Shown: in pieces, positions 19,236-28,989 of the stretch
Layout: each line of letters starts with the position of its first letter
How positions within the stretch are numbered: the stretch's first letter is position 1
Assembly: GCA_963851035.1 (NCBI GenBank)
Contig: CAWKNY010000003.1
Coordinates: 25,293-89,292 of the forward strand
Length of the DNA stretch: 64,000 bases
Source of the DNA: an uncultured Verrucomicrobiae bacterium
GTDB lineage: Bacteria; Verrucomicrobiota; Verrucomicrobiia; Chthoniobacterales; Terrimicrobiaceae
Direction: 5' to 3'
Translations under genes and position numbers: made by a program
The notes under the pieces: model-generated
What the model saw: only the letters and a program-made list of their open reading frames with translations
The model's database searches: none
Told to the model about the DNA's origin: nothing

Positions 19236-22010
19236 ATGCCTGATACGATTTTTCTGACGGAGCGTGTGCCGCTGGCCTTCAAGGCTGCGAAGTGGCTGGC
19301 GGCACTTACTGCGGAGCGGCCGCTCGACCTAAGCCACTGCGCGATCCTCGTGCCGACGGCCGGTGCGGGACGGCGGTTGCGTTCGGAGCTCGTCAGGCTG
19401 GCGGGCGAGTCCCGCACGGGCCTGCTTGCGCCGCTGATGACAACGCCGATGGGCCTGCTTTCGCTTGCGGCTGGCGAAAGGGTCGCTACACGCATCGACG
19501 CTCTCTTGGCCTGGACCGACGTGATGTCCGCCGCAGCGGCAGAGCATTTTCCGCTTCTTCTCTCGGGTTTTTCGGACCATCGCAGTTCGGCATTTCGAAT
19601 CGGCGAATCGGTTATGGAGCTTTGCGCCCTTCTTGCCGAGGCGGGGCTCACCCTGCTTTCCCCGGAGATGGCCGGCGCCTTTCCGAGCCAGGAAGATCGC
19701 TGGCGGGAATTGCGAACGCTCTACGAGCGGTATCTAAGGCGGCTGGCCGAGGCCGGTTTGGAAGACCCCGATGCGGCGCGGAACAAGGCGGCAAGAGCGG
19801 GACTCGCGCCGGAGGATATCCGGCTGGTGATTGTCGCCGGAGTGCCCGACCTGAATCCCATCTCCCAAGCGTACCTGCAGAATCTCGAATCGGCCGGCCT
19901 CTCTTTGTTCATCCTCGTGGATGCCCCGGATTGCGAAGGAGCGCGGTTCGATAGCTGGGGCAGGCCGGATCCGGAGAGCTGGTCGCAGAGAGAGCTGCCG
20001 CTACGTCTCGAGGATCTCGTAGTGACTGCGGACTCCTGGTCGGAGGCGGAAATCGTCGCGCAATTGGTCGGGCACGCCGCCGCGGGGCTCTGCGTGACCG
20101 ATGCCGACATGATCCCGTTTCACGATCGGGCGATACGGAAGCGCGGCCTTTCGCCGTATGATCCGGCCGGGAGACCTTTGGCACCCTTCGAGTGTGCCAC
20201 ACTTGCGAGACTTTGGCTTTCCTTCGAATCGAGCGGCAGGATTGCTGAGCTGCGAACCCTTGCGGAGCATCCGGTATTCCTGCACCTGCTTTGCCGGGAG
20301 TCGCATCTGCAATCGACTGCGGTTCTCTTCGCTCTGGATGAGTTGGAATCAAAGATTCTCGTCGAAACTGTGGACGATGCTGCCGCGTACCTGGAACAGT
20401 CCCGATCGGAGAAGCCGAAGGTCGCGGCTCTCGTCGGCGCCGCAGAGCGGTTGAGAGCGAAATTCGCGGTCTCCAGTTCGCTAGATGATCTTCTGGCATT
20501 TCTTCGAACCGTCTATTCCCCAAGACGGCTCGCACAAGGTTCCAGCGAGGCGGAAGCGCTTGCAGCGCTGTCCGGTCTGCTTCGCGCCGTGCGGGATTCT
20601 CCGCTTTCCAGACCCGGCATCGACGAGGGAATTTTCTGTGAAGAGATGAAGAATGTCGCGGTCTTTGAACATCACGGCGAAGCGGATATCGAGTTGAACG
20701 GATGGCTCGAAGCCCAATGGCTGCCCTCCGCGGCGCTCATTATTTCTGGCTGCACCGACGGAGCGCTGCCCGCGCGAATTTCGGCCCATCCGTTTCTTCC
20801 AGATTCCGCGCGTATCGCTTTGGGCTTACACAACAACCTCCAGCGGTTCGCGCGTGATGCCTATGTGCTTCACTGTCTGCTGGCGACGCGTCAGCCGGGC
20901 TCGGTAAGGCTGACGCTGAGCCGCGTGGGACCCGACGGGGAGCCCGCCAAGCCATCGCGTTTGCTCTTTCGTTGTCCGGACGCGGAACTCAGTTTCCGGG
21001 TGAGGAAGGTTTTCGGTTCCGTGGAGTCATTGCGCACCTCCCATGCACGCGAGCGAAGTTGGCAGCTCGAAATCCCGCAGCACCCGCCCCCCGGCACGCT
21101 ACGGGTGACCGCATTCGGCGACTATCTCAAGTGCCCGTTGAGGTTCTACCTCAAGCACGTGCTGGGCATGCGAAAATTCGACTCGCCGAAGTTTGAGATG
21201 GATCCCCTGGACTTCGGCAGCGTGTTTCACAAGACGTTGGAACGTTTCGCCCTGCAGGAGTCGGTGCGAGACTCCTCAAATCCCAAGGAGATCGAGGCCT
21301 TCGTGCTCGCGGAGCTGGATGCCGTGCTCGCGGAGCGGCTTGGCCGGAGGCTTTCCCTGCCGTTGCGTGTGCAACGCGAGAGCTTCCGCGCCCGGCTGCG
21401 CCGGTTTGCGGACATCCAGGCAGGGGAGCGCCGGGCTGGCTGGCGGGTTCTTCACGGAGAGCTTGCCTTCAAAGAAGAGAACACCCTCAGGCTGGCCGGC
21501 CTAGCCGTGGTTGGCGTGCTCGACCGCGTGGACGTTCACCAGGAAACCGGCCGTCGGCGAATTCTCGACTACAAGACCTTCGCCAAACGAAAATCCGCCA
21601 TCAGCACGCACCTGGACTTTGCCACCGAGAAACGCAACGAGTGGGCTGCCGTGTTTAATGGAAGGACCGCTCGGTGGACCGACCTGCAACTCCCTCTCTA
21701 CCGCGCGCTCGCCGAATTCCTCTGGCCCGGTGAGCCGCTGCCTCCTTTGGTGGGCTACTTTCTCCTCCCCGAACGGACCGAGGAAAGCGGTATCGATGAA
21801 TTCATCCTCGATGAGGACGTGTTCGCGTCGGCACGGGAAAGCGCGGAAACGGTGGCCGGCCGTGTGGCCCAAGGGATCTTCTGGCCACCGGGCGCTGTCG
21901 AATACGATGACTTTTCCGACATTTTCCTTGGCGAGGATCCCGCCACTATCGTTAGCGAAAGGTCCCGGGAATTTCTGATGGGCGCCGAAGCGTTCCAGCC
22001 GGCGCGATGA
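19236..22010 (+). CDS. AddB-like PD-(D/E)XK nuclease family protein
   Basis: 924 aa. The C-terminal RecB-type nuclease motif is GVLDRVDVHQETGRRRILDYKT. The N-terminus is a degenerate helicase-like fold without a clear Walker A. Confidence 0.75.
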   Translation: MPDTIFLTERVPLAFKAAKWLAALTAERPLDLSHCAILVPTAGAGRRLRSELVRLAGESRTGLLAPLMTTPMGLLSLAAGERVATRIDALLAWTDVMSAAAAEHFPLLLSGFSDHRSSAFRIGESVMELCALLAEAGLTLLSPEMAGAFPSQEDRWRELRTLYERYLRRLAEAGLEDPDAARNKAARAGLAPEDIRLVIVAGVPDLNPISQAYLQNLESAGLSLFILVDAPDCEGARFDSWGRPDPESWSQRELPLRLEDLVVTADSWSEAEIVAQLVGHAAAGLCVTDADMIPFHDRAIRKRGLSPYDPAGRPLAPFECATLARLWLSFESSGRIAELRTLAEHPVFLHLLCRESHLQSTAVLFALDELESKILVETVDDAAAYLEQSRSEKPKVAALVGAAERLRAKFAVSSSLDDLLAFLRTVYSPRRLAQGSSEAEALAALSGLLRAVRDSPLSRPGIDEGIFCEEMKNVAVFEHHGEADIELNGWLEAQWLPSAALIISGCTDGALPARISAHPFLPDSARIALGLHNNLQRFARDAYVLHCLLATRQPGSVRLTLSRVGPDGEPAKPSRLLFRCPDAELSFRVRKVFGSVESLRTSHARERSWQLEIPQHPPPGTLRVTAFGDYLKCPLRFYLKHVLGMRKFDSPKFEMDPLDFGSVFHKTLERFALQESVRDSSNPKEIEAFVLAELDAVLAERLGRRLSLPLRVQRESFRARLRRFADIQAGERRAGWRVLHGELAFKEENTLRLAGLAVVGVLDRVDVHQETGRRRILDYKTFAKRKSAISTHLDFATEKRNEWAAVFNGRTARWTDLQLPLYRALAEFLWPGEPLPPLVGYFLLPERTEESGIDEFILDEDVFASARESAETVAGRVAQGIFWPPGAVEYDDFSDIFLGEDPATIVSERSREFLMGAEAFQPAR

Positions 22011-22017
22011 GTTCGTT

Positions 22018-22920
22018 TCAAACGGCTACCAAGAGGATTGCGCCCGCAAGAAGCAGCGCCCCGGCCAGACGCAGAAGCAAGACGGGTTTGGGCAATGTTG
22101 CCTCGCGGCTGCCCAACCAGCGCGCCGTGGCCCAAGCCAGCACCACGCTCAGCACGCAGCGCGAACTGTAAACGATATTCACCGCGGTGGCGTCTCCCGA
22201 AAACCGTATCGCCAGCGCCATGACGAGGTTCTGCGCACCAAGGAGCAACGCCCCGAGGACCAGTGCCCTTCTTGCCGTCGTCGGCGAGAGGACAAGCCGC
22301 CGCAGACCCACCGCCGGCACGTACAAGGCACAGGTAAAGATGCCAACGAAGGAGAACATCACCGCCACAAAGCTCACCACGCCTACATCAACCGACCAGT
22401 GTTGAATAAGCGTATCCGTCAGGGCGTATGCCATAGCCGCAATCAGCGAATAGAGCGCGGTGCTGCCGGAATGCCGCGTCCAGCCTTCGGTTCTGCGTTG
22501 TGAGCCGGTGACAAGGAAGATGCCGCCGGTGCAAATGGCCGCCGCCAACCACCACTTCAGCCCAACGGACTCGCCAAAGAGAAAGCTCGTGATAAAGGCA
22601 ACAAAGATGACCTTTGCCCCGAGAAGCGGCGTCGCCACGGACACGTCTCCCTTGCGAAGCGCCGCGAAGGTGAAAAGCTGTCCGGTAAAAAACGCCCCCG
22701 CCGCCAGAATCGGCTTGTATCCCTCGGTCAGAACCTTCGTCAAATCCGCGCCCAGCCAGAAAGGCAGGAACAACGCCGACATCGCCATGTTGGCGGCAAA
22801 ATTGACCTGCCAGACCGTGGCGCCCGCGGCCAGCGCCCGCTTGGCGCAGAGCGCTCCCACTGTATAAACAATGGCACTCCCAAAGACCGCGAATAAAGGC
22901 CAGGACTCAAACATCAGCAC
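22018..22920 (-). CDS. DMT-superfamily (EamA-like) transporter
   Basis: 300 aa, about 10 hydrophobic segments, two EamA-like halves. Confidence 0.8.
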   Translation of the reverse strand: MLMFESWPLFAVFGSAIVYTVGALCAKRALAAGATVWQVNFAANMAMSALFLPFWLGADLTKVLTEGYKPILAAGAFFTGQLFTFAALRKGDVSVATPLLGAKVIFVAFITSFLFGESVGLKWWLAAAICTGGIFLVTGSQRRTEGWTRHSGSTALYSLIAAMAYALTDTLIQHWSVDVGVVSFVAVMFSFVGIFTCALYVPAVGLRRLVLSPTTARRALVLGALLLGAQNLVMALAIRFSGDATAVNIVYSSRCVLSVVLAWATARWLGSREATLPKPVLLLRLAGALLLAGAILLVAV

Positions 22921-22942
22921 TCAAGGAACCCGCGGCGCGCCA

Positions 22943-23812
22943 TCACGGGACTTCGATGGGATCCTCCTCGGTGTGCTCGATGTCGAGTTCGAGCTTGTAA
23001 GCCAGGGAGATGAACAGTGCCTGGCAAAGGCAAATCGTGTTCGTCAACGAGCGGAAGCCAAAGGCATTCCCCTCCTTGACAATCAGGAGCACGCTGGCAA
23101 ACCGAGCCAGGGCCGATAATTTGCTGTCGGTGATCACCAGCGCGCCGGCCTTGTTGTGATGCGCCATGCGAACGCAATACTGCGTTTCCTTTCCGTACGG
23201 TAAGAAGCTGATCGCCACCAGAGCGTCTCCCTTGCGGATGCTGCTGATTTGTTCCCGATACATGCCTCCGAGCCCCGGCGCAAGGATGACACGCTTGCGA
23301 GTATGTTGGAGCGCGTAGGCCAGATAGGAGGCTGGCGCAAATGAGCGGCGCACGCCGGCGATATAGATCGTCTTCGCTTTGACCAGGAGATCCAGCGCGT
23401 TGTCGAACGCGTTGCCATCCAGTCCGGCCTCCAACTCGTCCAACCCATGCCGGCTGCCTTCGATAAACTCGCGGGCAATTTCCGACCCGCGCAGCCGGCC
23501 GCGGTTGCTCTTGATCAGCTTGCGGACGCGCTGCTGGTAGTTCTGGATCGGTGCGACCTGCTCGGTGTACGCGCGGCGAAAGACCGTCTGCAGTTCACTG
23601 AAACCCGAAAAACCGAAGTGCTTTGAGAAGCGCACCACCGCGGAAGGATGGACCTTGCACGCCTGGGCGATGTCACCCACCCGGTCCATCATCACCCTGG
23701 CACGATGCTGCTCGATGTAGGTGGCGATGCTCTTCAGCTGCCGAGGCAGCGTCTCGTAAGCTGCGGCGATCTTCTCGATGAGTTCGTCAACGCTCGGCCT
23801 GGTCGGTGTCAT
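22943..23812 (-). CDS. MurR/RpiR-family transcriptional regulator (HTH_6 + SIS), probable inositol regulator
   Basis: N-terminal HTH (IAQACKVHPSAVVRFSKHFGFSGFSELQ) and a C-terminal SIS domain. Divergent from the iol operon. Confidence 0.85.
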   Translation of the reverse strand: MTPTRPSVDELIEKIAAAYETLPRQLKSIATYIEQHRARVMMDRVGDIAQACKVHPSAVVRFSKHFGFSGFSELQTVFRRAYTEQVAPIQNYQQRVRKLIKSNRGRLRGSEIAREFIEGSRHGLDELEAGLDGNAFDNALDLLVKAKTIYIAGVRRSFAPASYLAYALQHTRKRVILAPGLGGMYREQISSIRKGDALVAISFLPYGKETQYCVRMAHHNKAGALVITDSKLSALARFASVLLIVKEGNAFGFRSLTNTICLCQALFISLAYKLELDIEHTEEDPIEVP

Positions 23813-23855
23813 GGCCTCTCACACTACAACGTCCCTCACAAAACTCCATCCGAAA

Positions 23856-23871
23856 ATAGAATAAAAATTCT
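23856..23871. promoter_or_regulatory. Perfect 16-bp palindrome TAGAAT-AAAA-ATTCTA in the rpiR / iolC divergent region (candidate operator)
   Basis: Read directly from the sequence. It lies in an AT-rich stretch 44 nt upstream of the regulator start codon. Confidence 0.4.
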
Positions 23872-24234
23872 ATAGCATGCAAACTATAAAATTTCTGTTG
23901 CATTCGCGACGGCCTCCGTTATTCTGGCGGCTTATTCCATGACGGACCTTTTGTTTTTTCGTTTCAGAGACTGCCCTTCCGGCAATGATTTCTCTTCCAT
24001 TAAGAGGCTTGCGCGTTTCCTTGCGCAGGGCGAAATTGGGTACCTCGTGGAAGACAGATTTGTGCATCTCCCATCGGGAACCGTCATGCGCGATCAGGAC
24101 GATTTCGCGCCCTTCGTGGGTATAGCGGGCGTCGTCGAGCCCGCGGTGACGGGAAGACCGGAGGCGGCGTGGATTGGAAATTCGCATGCTCCGGAAGCGA
24201 GCTTGAGGTAGCAACTCTCCAAACATTTGTAGCC

Positions 24235-26229
24235 ATGAAGAATTCCACCCCTTTTGCCTCCGGGCGCAGTCTTGATGTGATTTGTCTTGGGCGGCTCGCG
24301 GTCGATTTCTACGCGCAGCAGATTGGATCCCGTCTTGAGGACGTGAGCACTTTTTCGAAGTATCTCGGGGGCTCTTCGGGGAACATTGCGTGCAACTGCG
24401 CGCGGTTGGGCTTGAAGTCAGCCATGTTAACGCGGGTCGGCGACGATCACATGGGACGCTCCCTGATCGAGACGCTGGCCAGAGAGGGTTGCGATGTCAG
24501 CCATGTCGTCAAGGACGAGGATCGCCTGACGGCAGTGGTCTTGCTTGGACTCAAGGATCGGGAGACCTTTCCGCTGGTTTTCTACCGGGAGAACTGCGCA
24601 GACATGGCCCTCGACACGAGCGACTTTGACGAGGCCTTCATTGCCTCCAGCAAAGCCCTGTTGATCACGGGGACACATTTTTCGACGGCCCAGGTGGACA
24701 AGACGAGCCGGAAGGCCCTCGAGCATGCGCGCCGCAACGACGTGCGCACCATCCTGGACATCGACTATCGGCCGGTCCTTTGGGGACTGGCCGGGAAGGC
24801 GGAGGGTGAGGTGCGCTACGTATCGAGCGAGGGGGTAACTAAACATTTGCAGGGCATCCTGCCGCTTTTCGACCTCATCGTCGGCACGGTGGAGGAGTTT
24901 GAAATTGCCGGCGGCCACCAGGACCTCATTGCCACGCTGAGAGCGGTGCGCGAAGTGACCAAGGCAACCCTCGTTGTCAAGCGTGGCGTCCTCGGTTGCT
25001 CGGTCATCGAAGGTCAAGTTCCCGATTCCATCGATGATGCGCCGACGTTTGCCGGCGTTCAGGTTGAGGTGCTCAACGTCCTCGGGGCCGGCGATGCGTT
25101 CATGTCCGGCTTCCTGAGCGGATGGCTGCGGGGCAAGGATTACGAGGAGTGCGCGGCGCGCGGCAACGGCAGCGGAGCGCTGGTCGTCGCGCGCCATGGC
25201 TGTGCTCCGGCCATGCCGACGGCCATCGAGCTTGATTATTTTCTCAGGACCGCAGCGGAAGATCCCGAGCGGGTCCGGCGCCCGGACCGCGACAGCACTC
25301 TGGCGCATCTGCATCGTGTCACCGTTCCGCGCCCGCGCTGGGACGAGCTCTATATTTTTGCTTTTGATCATCGCAGCCAGTTCGCGGAGCTGGCGCGGAA
25401 AGCCGGAGCTGCGGAGAATCGGATTCCGGCTCTTAAGGAATTGCTTGTTGAAGCGGTGGCCGCGGTCGAGCGCGAGAAGCCCGAGTATGCCGGCAAGCTG
25501 GGCATCCTTGCAGACGAGACGTATGGTCAGGACGCGCTCAATGCGGCCACCGGGCGGGGCTGGTGGATCGGGCGGCCCATTGAGCTTCCCGGCTCCAATC
25601 CGCTCAAGTTTGAGCATGGCCGTTCCGTCGGCACCAATTTGATCGCCTGGCCAAATGAGCATGTTGCCAAGTGCCTGGTCTTCTACCACCCAGACGATCC
25701 TGCGGAGCATTGCCTCGAGCAGGAAGCTCAGGTGCGAGCGCTTTACGAAGCCACGCGAGTGAGCGGCCACGAATTGCTGCTGGAGGTGATCCCCCCCAAG
25801 GATCGAGCCCAACCGGACACTGTCTACGGTGCTCTCCGGCGCTTCTACGACTTGGGGATCAAGCCGGAATGGTGGAAGCTTGAATCGATGACCGCCGCCC
25901 AGTGGCGATCTATCGATGAGGTGATCGCCGAGCGCGATCCGTATTGCCGCGGCGTCCTGCTCCTGGGCTTGAGCGCTCCGGTGGAACGATTGGCCGAGGG
26001 ATTCCGGGAGGCAACCGGGTCGAAGACCTGCCGTGGATTCGCCGTGGGGCGCACCATCTTTGAGAAGCCAAGTCTGGCGTGGCTTGCCGGCGAGATCGAT
26101 GACCAGACCCTCGTCGCGCGCACGCGCGAGACATTTGAAAACTTGATAAACCTTTGGCGGCAAGCGGGCAAACAAACCAGCGGGTCTGCCAGGACAACCA
26201 CCCCGATCCTTGAGGAATACGCAGTATGA
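24235..26229 (+). CDS. iolC: Bifunctional 5-dehydro-2-deoxygluconokinase / DUF2090 aldolase-type protein
   Basis: PfkB sugar-kinase N-half (VICLGRLAVDFYA, NVLGAGDAFMSGFL) plus a ~300-aa C-terminal DUF2090-like half. Start moved to MKNSTPF. ATGA overlap with iolD. Confidence 0.85.
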   Translation: MKNSTPFASGRSLDVICLGRLAVDFYAQQIGSRLEDVSTFSKYLGGSSGNIACNCARLGLKSAMLTRVGDDHMGRSLIETLAREGCDVSHVVKDEDRLTAVVLLGLKDRETFPLVFYRENCADMALDTSDFDEAFIASSKALLITGTHFSTAQVDKTSRKALEHARRNDVRTILDIDYRPVLWGLAGKAEGEVRYVSSEGVTKHLQGILPLFDLIVGTVEEFEIAGGHQDLIATLRAVREVTKATLVVKRGVLGCSVIEGQVPDSIDDAPTFAGVQVEVLNVLGAGDAFMSGFLSGWLRGKDYEECAARGNGSGALVVARHGCAPAMPTAIELDYFLRTAAEDPERVRRPDRDSTLAHLHRVTVPRPRWDELYIFAFDHRSQFAELARKAGAAENRIPALKELLVEAVAAVEREKPEYAGKLGILADETYGQDALNAATGRGWWIGRPIELPGSNPLKFEHGRSVGTNLIAWPNEHVAKCLVFYHPDDPAEHCLEQEAQVRALYEATRVSGHELLLEVIPPKDRAQPDTVYGALRRFYDLGIKPEWWKLESMTAAQWRSIDEVIAERDPYCRGVLLLGLSAPVERLAEGFREATGSKTCRGFAVGRTIFEKPSLAWLAGEIDDQTLVARTRETFENLINLWRQAGKQTSGSARTTTPILEEYAV

Positions 26230-28142
26230 ATGAGACGACGACCTTTGCAGAAACCCCCGCTGGCACTAAACGCGGCACCGTGCGCTTGACGGCGGCGCAG
26301 GCCGTGGTCCGCTATTTGTCTGGATTGCGCACCCGGATCGAAGGCCCCCAGGGCGACGAGGTTGTTCCGCTGTTTGGCGGGGTGTTCGCGATTTTCGGCC
26401 ATGGCAATGTAGCCGGTCTTGGGGAGGCGCTCTACCAATATCGGGACAAGCTGCCGACCTATCGTGCCCACAATGAACAGGCCATGGCCAACGCAGCGAT
26501 TGCCTACGCCAAGGCACACTTTCGACGCCGGATGATGGCCTGCTCGACCTCCATCGGTCCCGGGGCGACAAATCTTGTCACCTCCGCTGCGCTTGCGCAC
26601 GTCAATCGCCTGCCTGTGCTCTTTCTTCCCGGTGACATCTTTGTTTCCAGGGATCCGGATCCGGTGCTGCAGCAGGTGGAGTCTTCGGGAGACGGGACTG
26701 TTTCCGCCAACGATTGTTTTCGTCCGGTCTCGCGCTATTTCGATCGGATCGTCCACCCCTCGCAATTGCTGACCGCGCTGCCGCGCGCCGTGCTTACGCT
26801 GACTGATCCGGCGCTCTGCGGGCCGGTGACTCTCGCGTTGCCGCAGGACGTGCAGGCCGATGCCTTCGATTATCCGGTAGAGTTTTTCGAGACGCCGATT
26901 GTGGAGTTCCGGGCCCTACCTCCGAACGAGAGCGACCTGGCCGCAGCGGTGCGCGCGGTGATCGCGGCCAAGCGTCCGGTGATGATCGCCGGGGGCGGGG
27001 TCCTTTATGGGGGCGCCTGGGGGGCGTTGCGCGAGTTTTCCGAACGGCATGGGGTTCCGGTGGGTGAGACGCAGGCAGGCAAGAGTTCGTTGCCATGGGA
27101 TCACCCTCTGCAGCTGGGCTCGGTGGGCGTGACCGGCTCGCCGGCCGCCAATGCGTTGACCAGCGAAGCCGATTTGATTCTCGCCGTGGGCACCCGTCTT
27201 CAGGATTTCACCACCGGATCGAACTCGCTCTTCCCCAAAGCCCGCCTCGTTTCGCTGAACGTCAACCCCTTCGACGCCAGCAAGGCGCGGGGCATCCCGC
27301 TCCAGGCCGATGCCCGCCTTGGGCTCCAGGCCCTGAGCAACGCTTTGCCGCGCTGGCAGGCGGAAGCCGCATGGACTGAGCGAGCCAAGGCGGAGGCCGA
27401 CGCCTGGCGAGCCACGCTGGACAAGATCACCCAGCGCCGCGAGCTGCCGCCCGGGGAGCTTCCTTACGATGGAGAGGTCATCGGCGCCGTCCAGCGCTCG
27501 AGTCCGCAATCGACCTCAACGGACATCGCGGTCTGCGCCGCAGGGACTCTTCCCGCCGAGCTTCACAAACTCTGGCGCACTTCCACGCCTGGCGGCTATC
27601 ACATGGAATACGGCTATTCCTGCATGGGCTACGAAATCGCGGGGGGTTTGGGAGTCAAGATGGCGCGGCCCGATCGCGAGGTCATCGTGATGGTGGGTGA
27701 CGGCAGCTACCTGATGCTCAATAACGAGATTGCCACCTCGGTGATGCTCGACAAGAAGCTGATCATCGTGCTGCTCGACAATCGCGGCTACGGGTGCATC
27801 AACCGCCTCCAGCAGCACTGCGGAAGCGAGCCCTTCAACAACATGCTGGAGGACTGTCTGCAGTTTGGCGATGGCGCGCCAGCCATCGACTTCGCCGCCA
27901 ATGCGGCTTCCTTAGGGGCCCTGTCCGAAAAGGTCGCCAACATTCCGGAACTCGAGGCTGCACTCCAGCGGGCGCGCTCCGCCAAGCGTACCTATCTCAT
28001 CTGCATCGACACCGATGACACCCGCACCACCACGGAAGGTGGCTGGTGGTGGGAGGTCGCCGTCCCTGAGGAATCTCCGAGCGAGTCGGTGCGAAGCGCC
28101 CGGGCCGCCTACATCCGTGGAAAGGAAAATCAGAAACGCTAA
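26226..28142 (+). CDS. iolD: 3D-(3,5/4)-trihydroxycyclohexane-1,2-dione acylhydrolase (ThDP enzyme)
   Basis: 638 aa with ThDP-enzyme architecture and a GDGSYLMLNNE ThDP-binding motif. Confidence 0.9.
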   Translation: MNETTTFAETPAGTKRGTVRLTAAQAVVRYLSGLRTRIEGPQGDEVVPLFGGVFAIFGHGNVAGLGEALYQYRDKLPTYRAHNEQAMANAAIAYAKAHFRRRMMACSTSIGPGATNLVTSAALAHVNRLPVLFLPGDIFVSRDPDPVLQQVESSGDGTVSANDCFRPVSRYFDRIVHPSQLLTALPRAVLTLTDPALCGPVTLALPQDVQADAFDYPVEFFETPIVEFRALPPNESDLAAAVRAVIAAKRPVMIAGGGVLYGGAWGALREFSERHGVPVGETQAGKSSLPWDHPLQLGSVGVTGSPAANALTSEADLILAVGTRLQDFTTGSNSLFPKARLVSLNVNPFDASKARGIPLQADARLGLQALSNALPRWQAEAAWTERAKAEADAWRATLDKITQRRELPPGELPYDGEVIGAVQRSSPQSTSTDIAVCAAGTLPAELHKLWRTSTPGGYHMEYGYSCMGYEIAGGLGVKMARPDREVIVMVGDGSYLMLNNEIATSVMLDKKLIIVLLDNRGYGCINRLQQHCGSEPFNNMLEDCLQFGDGAPAIDFAANAASLGALSEKVANIPELEAALQRARSAKRTYLICIDTDDTRTTTEGGWWWEVAVPEESPSESVRSARAAYIRGKENQKR

Positions 28143-28155
28143 GCGGCAACAAAGT

Positions 28156-28953
28156 ATGAATCTGGTCGTCAAACCAAATAAGAATTCCCAAGAGATCGTT
28201 TCGGTGACGCCACAGTCCGCGGGATGGCGCTACATCAGCTTCTCCGCGCACCAGTTGGCGCCCGGACAAACCCTGACCTTCTCCGACAGTTCAAATGAGC
28301 TTTGCGTCGTCGTCCTCACCGGAATCGTCTCCGCTCAGGCCGATGGGTTCGACTGGAAGGAAATTGGTGGACGCGTGAGTGTCTTTGAGGACGCTGCTCC
28401 GCACGCGGTGTACCTCCCCCCGCGCGCGCGGCTCACGGTGACGGCAAAAACCGACGCCGAACTGGCCGTGGCCGGTGGCCCGGCGGAGGGCAAACTCCCC
28501 GTGCGGCTCATCGAGCCGGCTTCGATGAGGCGAAGTGTGCGCGGGAAGGGTGCGAATACGCGCTATGTCTGCGACATCCTGCCGCAGGATGAGCCCGCCG
28601 AGTCCGTCCTCGTCGTGGAAGTCCGGACTCCCAGCGGAAACTCTTCAAGCTATCCTCCGCACAAGCACGACGTCGACAATGTGCCCGCGGAGAGTCTTCT
28701 GGAGGAAACCTATTATCATCGCATCAATCCTCCGCAGGGCTTCGTCTTCCAACGCGTCTATAGCGATTCGCGCGATCTTGACGAGTCCATGGCCGTTGAG
28801 GACCGCGACGTTGTGCTTGTGCCTCGCGGCTATCACCCGGTCGTCGTGCCGCACGGTTACGAGTCGTACTATTTCAATGTGATGGCAGGCCCGAAGCGTG
28901 TGTGGCATTTCCATAACGACCCCGCGCACGAATGGATTTTCAATGCGGCCTGA
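28156..28953 (+). CDS. iolB: 5-deoxy-glucuronate isomerase
   Basis: Cupin-type IolB sequence (SSYPPHKHD, YYHRINPPQGF, VPRGYHPV). Start at MNLVVKPNK; the track ORF has a spurious 47-aa extension. Confidence 0.9.
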   Translation: MNLVVKPNKNSQEIVSVTPQSAGWRYISFSAHQLAPGQTLTFSDSSNELCVVVLTGIVSAQADGFDWKEIGGRVSVFEDAAPHAVYLPPRARLTVTAKTDAELAVAGGPAEGKLPVRLIEPASMRRSVRGKGANTRYVCDILPQDEPAESVLVVEVRTPSGNSSSYPPHKHDVDNVPAESLLEETYYHRINPPQGFVFQRVYSDSRDLDESMAVEDRDVVLVPRGYHPVVVPHGYESYYFNVMAGPKRVWHFHNDPAHEWIFNAA

Positions 28954-28989
28954 CAAGTCACCGAATATCAACAAAAACCACTATCTGTT

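Noticed and set aside
23870-24226. 118-aa minus ORF and 90-aa plus ORF (23939-24211) in the rpiR/iolC divergent region
   Set aside because: They overlap each other, match no family I recognise, and sit in a promoter region. I could not support either as a gene.
24427-26175. 582-aa minus-strand ORF
   Set aside because: Antisense shadow of iolC.
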